Part shown: positions 52,455 through 64,000 of the stretch, piece after piece
Layout of the letters: every line of letters starts with the position of its first letter
Position numbering within the stretch: the stretch's first letter is position 1
Assembly: GCF_026571515.1 (NCBI RefSeq)
Contig: NW_026861840.1
Location: 434,001-498,000, forward strand
Source: Ruditapes philippinarum
Lineage: Eukaryota
Direction: 5' to 3'
DNA: 64,000 nucleotides
The notes under the pieces: generated by a model
What the model was told of the DNA's origin: nothing
Seen by the model: the letters and a program-made list of their open reading frames with translations, nothing else
Database searches by the model: none
Translations under genes and position numbers: made by a program

Positions 52455-53373
52455 AAAGTCTACTGCACCCGGTATTTCCAAGCCGTCAACCATCCAGATA
52501 CTGAACGGGCTCGACGTTGTTTAAGGTATTAGGACCCTAATGGGCACTATCAGGAACTAAAGAATTTACATCATAGGTCAGATGTATACCTTAAAGTACA
52601 CCTGTATGCAAAATTTAAACAAAGTTTACCGTACGGAAATCAAGTTATGGCCACTTTTCTGAATTCAAGCTAGGATGTTATGAGGGCCCTTTTTTAGAAA
52701 TGAGGAACCTTTAAATAATCTGCAATAACATTCTAATGAAAAATGTTTTCCCATGAATTTTTGGTAAGAAACAAATAGTACCATTCAGCTAACAATCCAC
52801 ATAAGCAAAATTATGGTTTCTACTTAAAATTTATGAAATCTGTATAAAAATGTTACCCTACCCCACCTATTTTTACCACATGTCTGACCATTTTTCTACT
52901 TAGGGAGGCTAATTCAAAAAATTCTTAAAATTTACCCAAATGAGTGCCTGTTTTAAAAGTTTCCCTAAATTTTTAAAAAAGTATATTGGTTGATCTTGTA
53001 AAATATGAAATACTTTTACCGTCTAGTTTTGATTATATTACACATTGAAAATATCAGGTACCATATTTATTACTAGATTTAGCATAATTTAGCCAATAAA
53101 TACCTATATAAATTAAAAATTCAAAATTAAACACTTTTTTCTTTCCATATGGGACATGAGAGATACATAAATAATGTTAAAAGAAAAAAAGAAAGGAAAA
53201 AAAAGTTGACCTTTCTGGGGATTGAACCCATGGCCCTCATTTTCAATGTAGTTAACAGTAATTCTAGCCTATTAGAATACTCTTCAAAGCGGAGGTAATG
53301 CATTAGGGTGCTAATACCTTAACTTCGGTGATCTGACGAGAACTGGTGTTTTCAACGTAATATGGCCGTAAAT
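52455..53373 (-). pseudogene. 5S rRNA pseudogene split by a transposon
   Basis: 5' half 53373-53319 atttacggccatattacgttgaaaacaccagttctcgtcagatcaccgaagttaa; 3' half 52520-52455 acaacgtcgagcccgttcagtatctggatggttgacggcttggaaataccgggtgcagtagacttt. Together they form a full-length, diverged 5S. Confidence 0.9.
52525..53318. mobile_element. Kolobok-like MITE (794 bp) inserted in the 5S copy
   Basis: TIR ggtattag(g/c)accctaatg 17/18; TTAA TSD at 52521-52524 and 53319-53322; GG..CC termini. Confidence 0.85.
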
Positions 53374-55585
53374 ATCAGTGAAATTCGACTTTGTATATTT
53401 AAAAAAAGTAAACGAATTTGAAGTTTAGTTTATTCATATCATTTCAAATACATTTTTCTCTGTTTCCTTCTCAGCCGATAAGAGCGGTTCCCTCGTTGCG
53501 ATAGACTTTACATGTCTCAAACTTGTAAATGCGGTCCCTGGCAAAAATAGCAACAAAATGTATTATATTATGTAAAAACACTTATATCTATGAACCCTCA
53601 GATCTAATCATCAAGCTAAATATTCAATTCTGATAAACAATGATGATAATTGTAAATGCTTTCCCTTACAACAGTTTGACAGAACATTTAACATTGAAAA
53701 AAACGGTAATTATTAATCAGAGACTTCGGTCCAGGAAAATAAGGACAAAGCACCACTGACTGATATTTAACGCTCACACAGCTGAAATACTATTCAATGC
53801 TAAAAAGACTGCATTGCCCTTTGTAGGCAAAACAAAAATGTTCCTGGGGCATACTCATTGTTAAGGACAAACGATCAGTTCAAATGTACTTCAATGTACG
53901 AATTCGACAAATGTAAACGTACTTTATTCAAAGAATTCTTGTTACCCGCCAACTTCATTCATATCTCTCATTCAATTTTAATATTTCTTAATTTTCCATT
54001 AATATTAAATTATATTCATAAATATTCATGAAAAATGATTTGAACTTACTCTCGGTGATTATCATGAATCGAAATTATGCCTTTCATAACGTGACTACTT
54101 CCGGTATCAAGATACTGCCTGTCATCATAGACATTAGTTCACGCAGTAAAGTGACAATCAGCTAGATGTATTGTAAGGATCTGACATTCTAGCATAATTC
54201 TGAAATGTACTTACAACAGAACTTATAATGAAATCAAAGTGACATTGTGAAATCCTATAGCTTCATAATTTGTTGACTTCTACAAGAACAAGATTCACTT
54301 ACCTGATTAATCTGAAGGAACACTGTATTGACACTTATTGACTTTGCAATTAAGTTGATAGAAATGTTAAACTTACCTTATTGCATAGCAGAAAACTGAT
54401 TTTCTCTTTACATTTTCTGTGTAGCAGACGTCCAATGACAGACATCTTTGAAATATGTCACTTGATATTTTATATTGAAGATTTCTTATTGTTAATATCA
54501 ATTTCAGTCAAATTCAATTCAAGAACGTAATTTATGTAAAATTTATGATTGATTAAGGTCAGAAATCCTTAAGTATTCACTACATGTTTTTGTATATTAA
54601 CGATTTTCGTATGTAGATTTTATATGAGATTTCAATATGGCCGCCATTGAGATCCATGATTTCAGATTCAGAAATCCGGCCGTCTGTCCATTGGAGGATT
54701 TCCGGATTTCTGTTGTTTCATTGGTGGATTTCAAACATCGAACCTTATAAAAGTCGGAATCCAACCAATGTTGTCACTTTGGTCTTGACCTCCAAGTAAC
54801 GTAAATAAAGTATTAAAACCGCCAAAGTTCAAATACAGTAAACATTCTTACAAACGTCATTGTTAATCAAACTTGTAAGTTGGTATGTATTTATATCCAG
54901 TATAATTAACTCACTAGACACTGTTGTTGCCGAAATACGTGTTATAAACTTAGAAAACTGTATAAGAATTGTATTTATTTTCCCCATCCTGACATACGTT
55001 TACAGTATTTCTGCATTAAAGAATTCATGAATTCATAACCAACACACTTTTGAGATGGTACAGTAAGACATAAATTATGTTTACCTTTATCATTTTTTGA
55101 AGAAAGCTTAAAGCTAATGTCAGCCACTCTAAAGTCAGATGTTGGTGCTCGGTGTCATATTAGGAAAACAGGTTGTGATCGCAGTAAGAATCGCACCAAC
55201 GATTCGAGAATTGAGAGATACATACATTGACCACTAGGGATTACACAGCCGTTATTCTTGCATTTAAACAGCACCCACAGGTGTATTTTTACTGAGAAGA
55301 AAACATGCACCTTTTTTATGCTCGAAAAAAGTTTCATGAACCTTGTTTTAATGCTTCAATATTCTAAATACGAGTGTATAAATAAAGGCCAAGTTAAATC
55401 AAGCTTTGATAAAATAACTTAGTCACCCTAATGAACTGAGATAATTCAAATAAACGATTGATTTCTGTTTTAAAACATGGAACTTTATAATTTCCGAGGT
55501 TAAGTAGCTCTTTTCTTTAAATAGCCCTAAACTACATTATTCTCACTCTTTATGCACTATTAGTGTTACTATTTGAAAGTTGTCA

Positions 55586-55652
55586 AAGTCAGTCAGTCAG
55601 TCAATCAATCAATGAATGAATGAATGAATCAATCAATCAATCAATCAATCAG
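55586..55652. repeat. Compound (CAGT/CAAT/GAAT)n microsatellite
   Basis: Directly visible. Confidence 0.85.
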
Positions 55653-56446
55653 CCATATTAAACAAAATGTTTTATATTTTGTAACATATCGTGCATTTCA
55701 CAACATTTTACTTTCCATCTTCTGTCTTCACTGTGATTGTCGTGATCACTTTGCAAACCATTTATGTACATGTTGTCATTACATTCAAAAGCTAAAAGCC
55801 CGTCCCAGTCGTTAACATACTCTGAAATACACACTTGCCTTTATATAAAGCATTAGTCCAAACAATGCTTAATCAAAAGAATGCAAGATGGTGAGCTTAA
55901 AACCAACGACATGTGTTCCCAAAAGAAACCTTGAGATAATAATCAAACCAAATTTGGAACTAGGGTCAAACCAGCCTTTGATTTCCATGACTATATGAAG
56001 TATATTAGGTTAATTAATTTCGGTACAAATTCAAAATGTTAAAACCTTCCAAATTGCAACTAAAACTGAAAACGAAAACTACAAAGATTTCCAATTTGTG
56101 AAACACATATACAAATATAACAATACATAAGTTTCTGTAGTACCTGTCCAAGTACAAGACGTCAATAGACCATCAACGTCAATTGGAAAATCTGCACAAC
56201 TCATGTCGAAGACTCGATCTTCCCTATGATTGTCGTGCACGCTCGTGATATGGGAGATAAACTGGTTCTCGTGTGGACACTCGAATTGCAAATGACCGTC
56301 GAAATTATTCACAACAGTACATCTGCCAGCTTGAAATATACTGGCCACAACCAGGAGTTCCTGTCACCATGAAACAAAGAACATGCCGTGACAGCAATCG
56401 GAAAAGCAATCGGCCAATTCCGTCAAAATTCGGATAAGGACTAAAT

Positions 56447-56843
56447 CACTGTTGTACATCGTTCACCGGAAATAATGATATCACTAAAATACAAGTAGAG
56501 CGAAGTCTATACATGTATTTTGAATTAAAGGCAGATTTTGGTACAGAAAATGCGTTTTGGGCTCGATTTCGTAGTTAATATCAACATCGCTCGCAAATGT
56601 CATCAAATACACTACAATTTATCGCCAATTTAACAAAAAGAATTCAATTTGCAGAAAAAAGCAAATACTGTTCTAAAACCAGACGTATTCAGCTTCACAA
56701 AATTGTTTTAATTAGGAAAGATAAATTAGGTTATGATGGAGAAATAAGTTGAAATGTAGCCACGGGTGAACTCAACGTACAACTTTTTACTTTCGTTTTC
56801 GATGTTTTGAGGGACTATTTCCGATGAACGCTGTACAGCAGTG
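56447..56843. mobile_element. MITE with CAC..GTG termini and 5-bp TSD (Transib-like signature)
   Basis: TIR cactg(t/c)tgtaca(t/g)cgttca(c/t)cggaaata 25/28; TAAAT on both sides. Confidence 0.7.
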
Positions 56844-57484
56844 TAAATGATTATTTCATTCTGCAAAGTATTCACAAAATAGCGACTAGTTTATAAATTT
56901 GTTTTGCTCGCCCGGACCATTGAAAATTTAGTAAATATTTAGTATCAAGGCAATACAGCACTACATTCACATACTGTATAAACATTAAATATCCCAAATA
57001 AATAAACAGAAAAGCGTTAACATCCAGATGAGGTTCTATTTGAAATAATTTTTACCCAAATACGATACATTCCAGTCGTGAGAATTTGCTTGCTTGACGT
57101 GAGGATTCTTTACCTGAAAATAGTCCCAAGTTCAAATTATAAGTCAAGTTGGCAGCCAAGCTGGTTGGTGTCCTTGCGGCCTGGTGGCGTAAAAATATTG
57201 TCTAATGCCAACCTCTATCAGGACTTACCTTTGGTTAAAAATTATTCATTTCTTTTTTAATTTGGCATTAAGTCAAGACGTTCTTAATACAGGAGGCAAC
57301 AACTCTGTTATGTTAGTCACTTTATTTGGCCATGCCTCCTCGTCCAACTAAAAACACGCCTGTTCTTTATACACCATCGTTTAAGATGCTTTTAACTGAC
57401 ATGTACGGGTTTCTGTTGAATTCGCTCTTTTTTTAAAATTATGCAAACATTATCATTTACTCTTCCTTTTTACAACAAATGGAT

Positions 57485-57775
57485 CCAGGGTCGAGTGGTT
57501 ATGGTTTTTATCTTTAAGCCATTTGCGTCTCACGACGGAATCCGATTCCGGCCAGATTTTCTGAATTTTTTCATGTGAAGAAGCTATCAAATTAGCAAAC
57601 AGAGCGGAAAGTCGGCGGTTCTACTCAGGTGGTCGTGCGTGCCTGAACTAAAGCATAGAAAACCTCCTGTTTTCTTTCACAAGTAAAGCTGGAAAGTCGC
57701 CATTTGATTTTTACAATGTTTGTTACTTAAAACCGAATCAATCAATCAATCATTCAATCAACCAATTAATCAATG
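57485..57775 (+). mobile_element. Degenerate SINE (42823 family) with (CAAT)n tail
   Basis: gtcgagtggtt head; body catgtgaagaagctatc..gcggttctactcaggt..gctggaaagtcgccat. Confidence 0.75.
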
Positions 57776-58269
57776 TCTTTAAAACATTTTGACACAGTTA
57801 AACCTAACGAATCTTTAGTTGAATAACTTATATTAAATAGAGGAATTCTTACTCACAGTTTTTCGTAGAATAACTTATCACTTTTTGGAACATTTATATA
57901 TTGACAACATAAAAATTGTGGCGAGGTGCGGCGACAACTTGGAAGTTTCGCAAGTCTTTATTTTCAAAACTTAGTTGAATGTTATTGCTGTCTTTCGTAG
58001 TAAGTCGGTGTAATTGGAGATAATATTTAAATGTATAACAAGTCCATGTTAAAACGTGATGACGTCACTTGATTCCATAGTCTTACGATAACGCAGAAGC
58101 GTTCTAAAAAAAAGTCTGTGTAAACAGGTGATTCTGGAAAAATGTATTTTAAGTCAGTATGAACAGTCTATACATTCTTCTAAACAGGTGATAAAGTATT
58201 ATAGTATGTCCATGTGAACAGGCATTTTTGTAGTAACGTTTTGCTCAAAGTCATTTCAAGTAGGCAATC

Positions 58270-59115
58270 ATGTTGTAATTTATAGTAATAAGTCCATGTA
58301 AATATGTTATAATTTAGTGACGTTTTGTCATATGTCCATGCAAATAAACTTTAAAAGTCCGTGCAAATAGACTATAACGTAGTGACCGTGTGTAAATTGT
58401 CCATGTAAAAGACTTTGACGTAGATAAGTTTTGTAATAAGTCCGTGCAAATAGACTATAACGTAGTGACCGTTTGTAAATAGTCCATGTAAATAGACTAT
58501 AACGTAGTGACGTTTTGTAATAAGTCCGTGCAAATAGACTATAACGTAGTGACGTTTTGTAATAAGTCCGTGCAAATAGACTATAACGTAGTGACGTTTT
58601 GTAATAAGTCCGTGCAAATAGACTATAACGTAGGGACGTTTTGTAATAAGTCCGTGCAAATAGACTATAACGTAGGGACGTTTTGTTATAATCCGTGCAA
58701 ATAGACTATAGCGTAGTGACGTTTTGTTATAATCCGTGCAAATAGACTATAGCGTAGGGACGTTTTGTTATAATCCGTGCAAATAGACTATAGCGTAGGG
58801 ACGTTTTGTTATAATCCGTGCAAATAGACTATAGCGTAGGGACGTTTTGTTATAATCCGTGCAAATAGACTATAGCGTAGTGACGTTTTGTTATAATCCG
58901 TGCAAATAGACTATAGCGTAGGGACGTTTTGTTATAATCCGTGCAAATAGACTATAGCGTAGGGACGTTTTGTTATAATCCGTGCAAATAGACTATATAA
59001 CGTTTTGTTATAAGTCCGTACAAATAGACTTTAAGGTAGAGACGTTTTGTTGTAAGTCCGTGCAAATAGCGTTTTGTAATAAGTTTATGTACATAGACTA
59101 TAACGTTGTGACGTA
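58270..59115. repeat. 42-bp satellite
   Basis: Unit aagtccgtgcaaatagactataacgtagtgacgttttgtaat; source of the 14-aa periodic ORFs. Confidence 0.93.
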
Positions 59116-59407
59116 TTAATTTCTGTCCAGAAAATAAATAAAATAGTTTTATTTGATACTGCGCAGGTCAATGAATAGTAATTCAAAATATATGTGTTTC
59201 AACGTGTTGAGTCCAAACTCCTAAAAGTGATCTAGGTATTCAGTACTAATGAATGATCATAATTCAGATGAGATGGTATAATTTAAACTTGCAACCACTG
59301 ATTACGCAGCAGTGAGACGTCACGCAGTTTGATGACGCCATTTTAAAGTCACCGTCACACGTCGACATTTAGAGGATAAAACTTTTTCAGTCGTAGCGGA
59401 TATAATT

Positions 59408-59636
59408 GAGCCGCGTCACGACAACATAATGGGTTTGCGACCAGCATGGATCCAGACCAGCCTGCGCATCCGCGTAGTCTGATCAAGATCCATGCTGTTC
59501 GCTTACAAACTCTATAACAAGTAGAGAAACTGATAGCGAACATCATGGATTCTGATTAGACTGCGCGGATGCGCAGGCTGGTCTGGATCCATGCTGGTCG
59601 CAAACCCATTGTGTTGGTTTTGTTATGACGCGACTC
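59408..59636. mobile_element. Palindromic MITE, Sola1-type termini, copy 3
   Basis: Same arms with a small deletion in the left arm; TSD AATT. Confidence 0.9.
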
Positions 59637-62600
59637 AATTTATCGTTATAAAGTCCGTTATGTTTTTTTTCAGTAATCAGTAGATAAAGCACTCTTGATG
59701 CGCCTCCATTCAACATATACATGTATATCTGATAATAAAGTTCATACTCCCGGATTTAAGTTGCGACCAAATTTAGATATTAAAACTTTGGTTTTAACTC
59801 TAATCGTGAAATGTGTAATGTGGCCAAGTGCAAACTTGTATTGGTAAGTTTTTGTTGCCTGTGTTATGTAGGTCTACATTTTACTTTCACTTCTTCCACT
59901 CTAGGAAGTATGCCGTTACAGTTCGCAATAAAATCAAAATTGTTCATCTAAATTGAATTTGAAGAACTATTTAAACGTTTTCTGCACTATATAAATACAA
60001 TTTGTATTAAACTCAGATTGCCTAAATTTGTACAGATAGGACTCTCGCCTTGTATGCATGCGGTTGTGGGTCCGAGACTCGAGGTGGAGCTCGAGGAATT
60101 TAGCAAGGCTATTGATTCTCGATTCTGTAACAGTAACAGTATAAACTGATCTCCACAAATAACTGACAACTTTTCCATTTGAATCTTGAATCTTAGGTGG
60201 TTTCTTGCGTCATACAATTAATTATTTAAAATCGCTTCAAAGAACGTGTATATATATATACATTTTAAAGTGAATAAAATGCCATCAAAGTACAGTATAT
60301 AAAAATAATTGATGGATAAAAATATAAATTCAACCAAACCATCGAAAAACGAGGAGGAATAATATAAGAGTAAAGAATTCTCCAAGAAAACTACATTTTC
60401 TTGTGCAAAAAAAAATGCAATTACATATTTGACCTTGACACCAGTCACATACTCAACATCTTGGTGTAATCATAAGTATCGTTTTGTCACAGTATGAACT
60501 AAACCAGTCAAACATTTATAATTTATAACAATTGTGGTTATTAAAGCGAAATATAAAACAAGAAACATGACCATGCCATTAAAACATGTTTCAGCATGAG
60601 CTGTCGCTTGTAGGACCGCCAGACTTTCAGTCTTTTATGCTTTATAGGTGGAAAAGCATTTAAAATCAAGGTTATTTTTTTTTAAATATGACGGTTTAGC
60701 CACAATTGTTGTTCTGTCCAAGTACAAAGCAAATTCATCAATAAAAGACATTGTTTTTCAAATTTAATTAATTTAATTATGTTTTGTTATATTAAGGATT
60801 CATGATCATACGTTAGTTGCTTCATTTTGTATGATGATCTTGTTCTAAATGTGTCCGAATATTATTATATTAATCATAGGTTAAAGTGCGCGTGTATTAA
60901 ACTGTGTGTATTCAGTTTTTGCAAGGAATTTACGTGCGTGTAAAGTATTGATAATCGTCATTAAGATTTTTTCTTCATTCGAAGTCTTTGCATAATGCAG
61001 AAAAGATATATATAATGTTCTCCAGCCCATCTATCCGTCCGTTTTGTTTTGCATAAGAAGATTTTTTAATGACTTTTACAGGCTTTTTTTCATAAGTATG
61101 CTGTAGACTTTATGATGTCTATTTTATTTTGTTTCCATGTTTTTCTCTGCAGCAAGCTCGATTATTATTATATAGCCTTTAAGTGATAGTCATTCTTAAG
61201 GACTTAACTCATCAAAAACATGAGAATTTTATAACCTTATGCTACTTTATTATCAACATAGTGAATTGGGAAATTATTTAGTTGAATTGATTTATAATTT
61301 GTGTCCGATATAATATTGTACATGTGTATTACACAACGCACAAGACAATTCCTAAATAGCATTTGGTGTTTTGTTATCTTTTCCCGGAGTTGATGATAAA
61401 TAATTTATTTCCTGTCGAGAGAAACTAAATAGAATAAAAAAAACTCAAATTTATACCAAAAAAAAGTCATTTGACCTTTACAAATGACAAAAGTCACTTT
61501 TAGGTCAAGGTCAAAGTTGAATAATGCAATTTTCGCAATGAATGGTGTTTTGTCCAAATACTTATTTTAATTATTGAATAGATCTGTTTCATCATTGATG
61601 GCGTTTTGTTCAAGTATACAAGTATAAGTAATAAAGTCATGCCAATTTAAACATTCTAATAATTTGATCCCGACGGTAAAATGTCATTTAAAGGTCAATG
61701 CCATATCTAACTTATTCAGGTCAATGTCATACTTAAATAAGTCAACATGTCAATTTATTTCTAAATGTTCTTTTTGTCCAATTATGAATCAATATGAAAG
61801 TCACCCTTCGATTATATTTAAGGTATCCAGTCCAGTCATCAATTCAGTCATTCATGCATGGATTTTGAAATAGCCAGGCAGACTTGTGGCACATATTAAG
61901 GAAAAATGTAACCCGCAAAATGCCGAAGGGAGATCTAGGTTTTGCGCGCGTCACAATGTCACGATGAGCTAATGATGTGATACACGAGAAATTTGTTTAC
62001 CGGGAAAGATTGACGCTGCAAAAACTACAGGCCTGCCCATACATGCGTGGGCGGGGGATCATATCAAATGGATTTTTTGTAAAATTTTAAAGTGTACCAA
62101 GATGTTGATCAATTAGATATTTCTCAATCATATCTGTCTGGTTATTTTACATGTTGGAAAGGAACGGATTTTATTTACTTATGTTAAGAATTGGCAAATG
62201 ATTATTCCAGATTTAACCAAAATATACCTTGCCATTTACGATATGTCGTTTGAAAGTGTTTTTTTTTCCCTTATTTTTGCTTTTGTGGCCATTTGATTTG
62301 TAGTCCGGAACAATTTTAGCAAATTTAGTAAAGAATGATTTGTCAGATTTCACAACTTAAACCTATCAAGCGATTGCAAAAAGGTCGTTTAAAGCTGTGC
62401 TGGCTTTACAATTTAGCTCCGGCGGCCATCTTGTTCAACCGACTAGATCAATTTGAACAACTTTTGTTAAGGTCTCCCTGAAACTCAATTGTTTTCTTCA
62501 TTTTTTTCTTCATTTGAATGGACCACGAGGTTAGTAAGCTGGCGGCCATCTCATTCAATAGATGGAGCCATTTTACATTATTTCCTGGCGTACGGATACA

Positions 62601-62954
62601 AGGTGATCACATTAGCTTACGTCATCTCAAGAGCTTAAGACTTGGCCGAAGGCAGTGTTTTGTATATAGTGATTTAGAAGTTGATTCCTGGAAACTTATT
62701 CAGTCATTAAAAAAGATACTGACGAAACAAAATCAGAATTGAGACATTTCAAATATGTCCAAATATCTCGCGGATTCGCCCACAACAAGTATATTGAATG
62801 CAGTGTAAACTTGGTCGACAATGAGAAAGTTAATATGTTATAGTTATATGTAAATAAAGAAAACACAAAATTTTACCAACAACTTTTATTTATAAAATAA
62901 ATACAAAAATCATTGCACCATGAACTTTTTCTTCCTGCCAGTCAGAACTAATCC

Positions 62955-63000
62955 TTAGTTGCGAACAGCTTGACACGTTATGAACTTGTAAATACGATCC
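62955..63000 (-). CDS. Dermatopontin/HAAF-like copy 3, last coding exon (rest of the gene lies beyond the window)
   Basis: acag|G GAT CGT ATT TAC.. = DRIYKFITCQAVRN*, 46 nt, as in copy 1 exon 5; AATAAA at ~62890-62885. Confidence 0.85.
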
Positions 63001-64000
63001 CTGTCAAGATAAAGACAATATTATACACGAGAGTTTTTGCAAAATCACACTAAATTATTAGGCATATAAGCCAGCCAACCTCTGAAAAAGGTCAGATATT
63101 GTACAGTTAAAGATTCTGCATGTAGTGATTGAGGTTGTATACCAGACTTAAGTGAAATTATATTATATATATATATAAAAATTATGCTAATAAAAAACAA
63201 TTTTTTAAACTCAAAGAATATGTAAAAATATCTACAAGCCCAAAAAATTTAATTTTTTTTGTCACATTATTTGTAATCATTAAAACATATGCATTCATTT
63301 CTTATTGGAAAATTTGACTTTATAGAATATAAATGTCTAATTTATGTCTTTATTTACATGAAATGTTAAATTTGGTAATATTTTTATAACTAAGGCTTTT
63401 TTGAACATACAATATTGATAAATCTTAATTTGAACATCATATTTATGATATAAAACCAAAAAATTGTGTTACATGATCTTTAAGGTCAAATGTTTTCGAT
63501 TCGTAATCGGAAGAGGGTCCCTTATTACATTACAAAATAACAATATAAGCCCTCAGTAGAACAGCACACTCAACTTTTCTCAGTAATGCATAGGAATTAA
63601 CAAGAACGCCGCATGCGTTGTTAACGCTCGTCTGTAAATGGTAACGACTATCAATAACCAATTTTTGTAAATAGTCCAGTTATAAAGGGGCTTAACTCCT
63701 TAAAATATTGATTTCAGTATAATACCCCTTGTCTTACATCCTCACTATGGTAATCCATTATTCCACATTTCATGTTGATATCTTTCGTGATTTTGAAAGA
63801 TAGAATAATTCTTCTTAGTTCATTTTAACCAAATATTTTAGAATAATACCTTGTCTTTTTTTTTTTTTTTTTTTTTTTTGGTAATGCGCTACATAATGTT
63901 TTTTTCACAATTATTTCACTAGAGTATATAGAAATTGCTTATCGGTGTTATCTAAATCTGTCTTAAATTGTAAGTGCAGTTTAAAAAATGTTCATGAATA

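Larger units (their letters stand above)
53471..57070 (-). pseudogene. Dermatopontin/HAAF-like copy 2, damaged (pseudogene or truncated two-repeat form)
   Basis: Exons 57070-57056, 56360-56144 and 55821-55690 are intact. The exon-3 donor reads AT instead of GT (55689-55688). The exon-4 acceptor is lost (~54172). TGG->TGA at 54141-54139. Exon 5 (53537-53471) encodes DRIYKFETCKVYRNEGTALIG*. Confidence 0.85.

Noticed and set aside
54172-55689. U12-type AT-AC intron in dermatopontin copy 2
   Set aside because: The 5' end is ATATGT, not ATATCCT, and the paralogous intron is GT-AG, so a mutated donor is simpler.
58372-58704. 14-aa repeat ORFs
   Set aside because: Translation of the 42-bp satellite.

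Overview
AT-rich, intron-rich animal genomic DNA, most likely a bivalve mollusc (inferred from the gene families, a mollusc-type 5S sequence and the repeat types). The ORF track is mostly noise because the real genes are split into small exons, which I rebuilt by hand from GT-AG sites and reading phase. Genes: (1) an 11-exon minus-strand CRISP/CAP gene (16178->1766, 377 aa) with CAP, hinge, EGF-like and ShK-like domains, a Thr-rich stalk and a hydrophobic tail; (2) a probable signal-peptide first exon of a further gene at 333->261; (3) a head-to-head pair made of an unknown 327-aa protein (minus) and an N-RASSF-like RA-domain gene (plus, frameshifted), which share a 23-aa motif; (4) a tandem cluster of three dermatopontin/amebocyte-aggregation-factor genes (one intact, one damaged, one partial). 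Mobile DNA: a full-length but decayed Sola1 transposon with an intron-containing transposase, three palindromic MITEs with Sola-like termini, a LINE fragment, TTAA Kolobok-like MITEs (one splitting a 5S rRNA copy), a foldback element with a hairpin array, a Crypton-like permuted element, a CAC-ended MITE with a 5-bp TSD, SINEs, Helentron-like elements and satellites. The best candidate for an undescribed system is a set of isolated tRNA-derived A-box/B-box/oligo-T Pol III cassettes lying inside unrelated DNA transposons. No database searches were run, so family calls rest on motif recognition.
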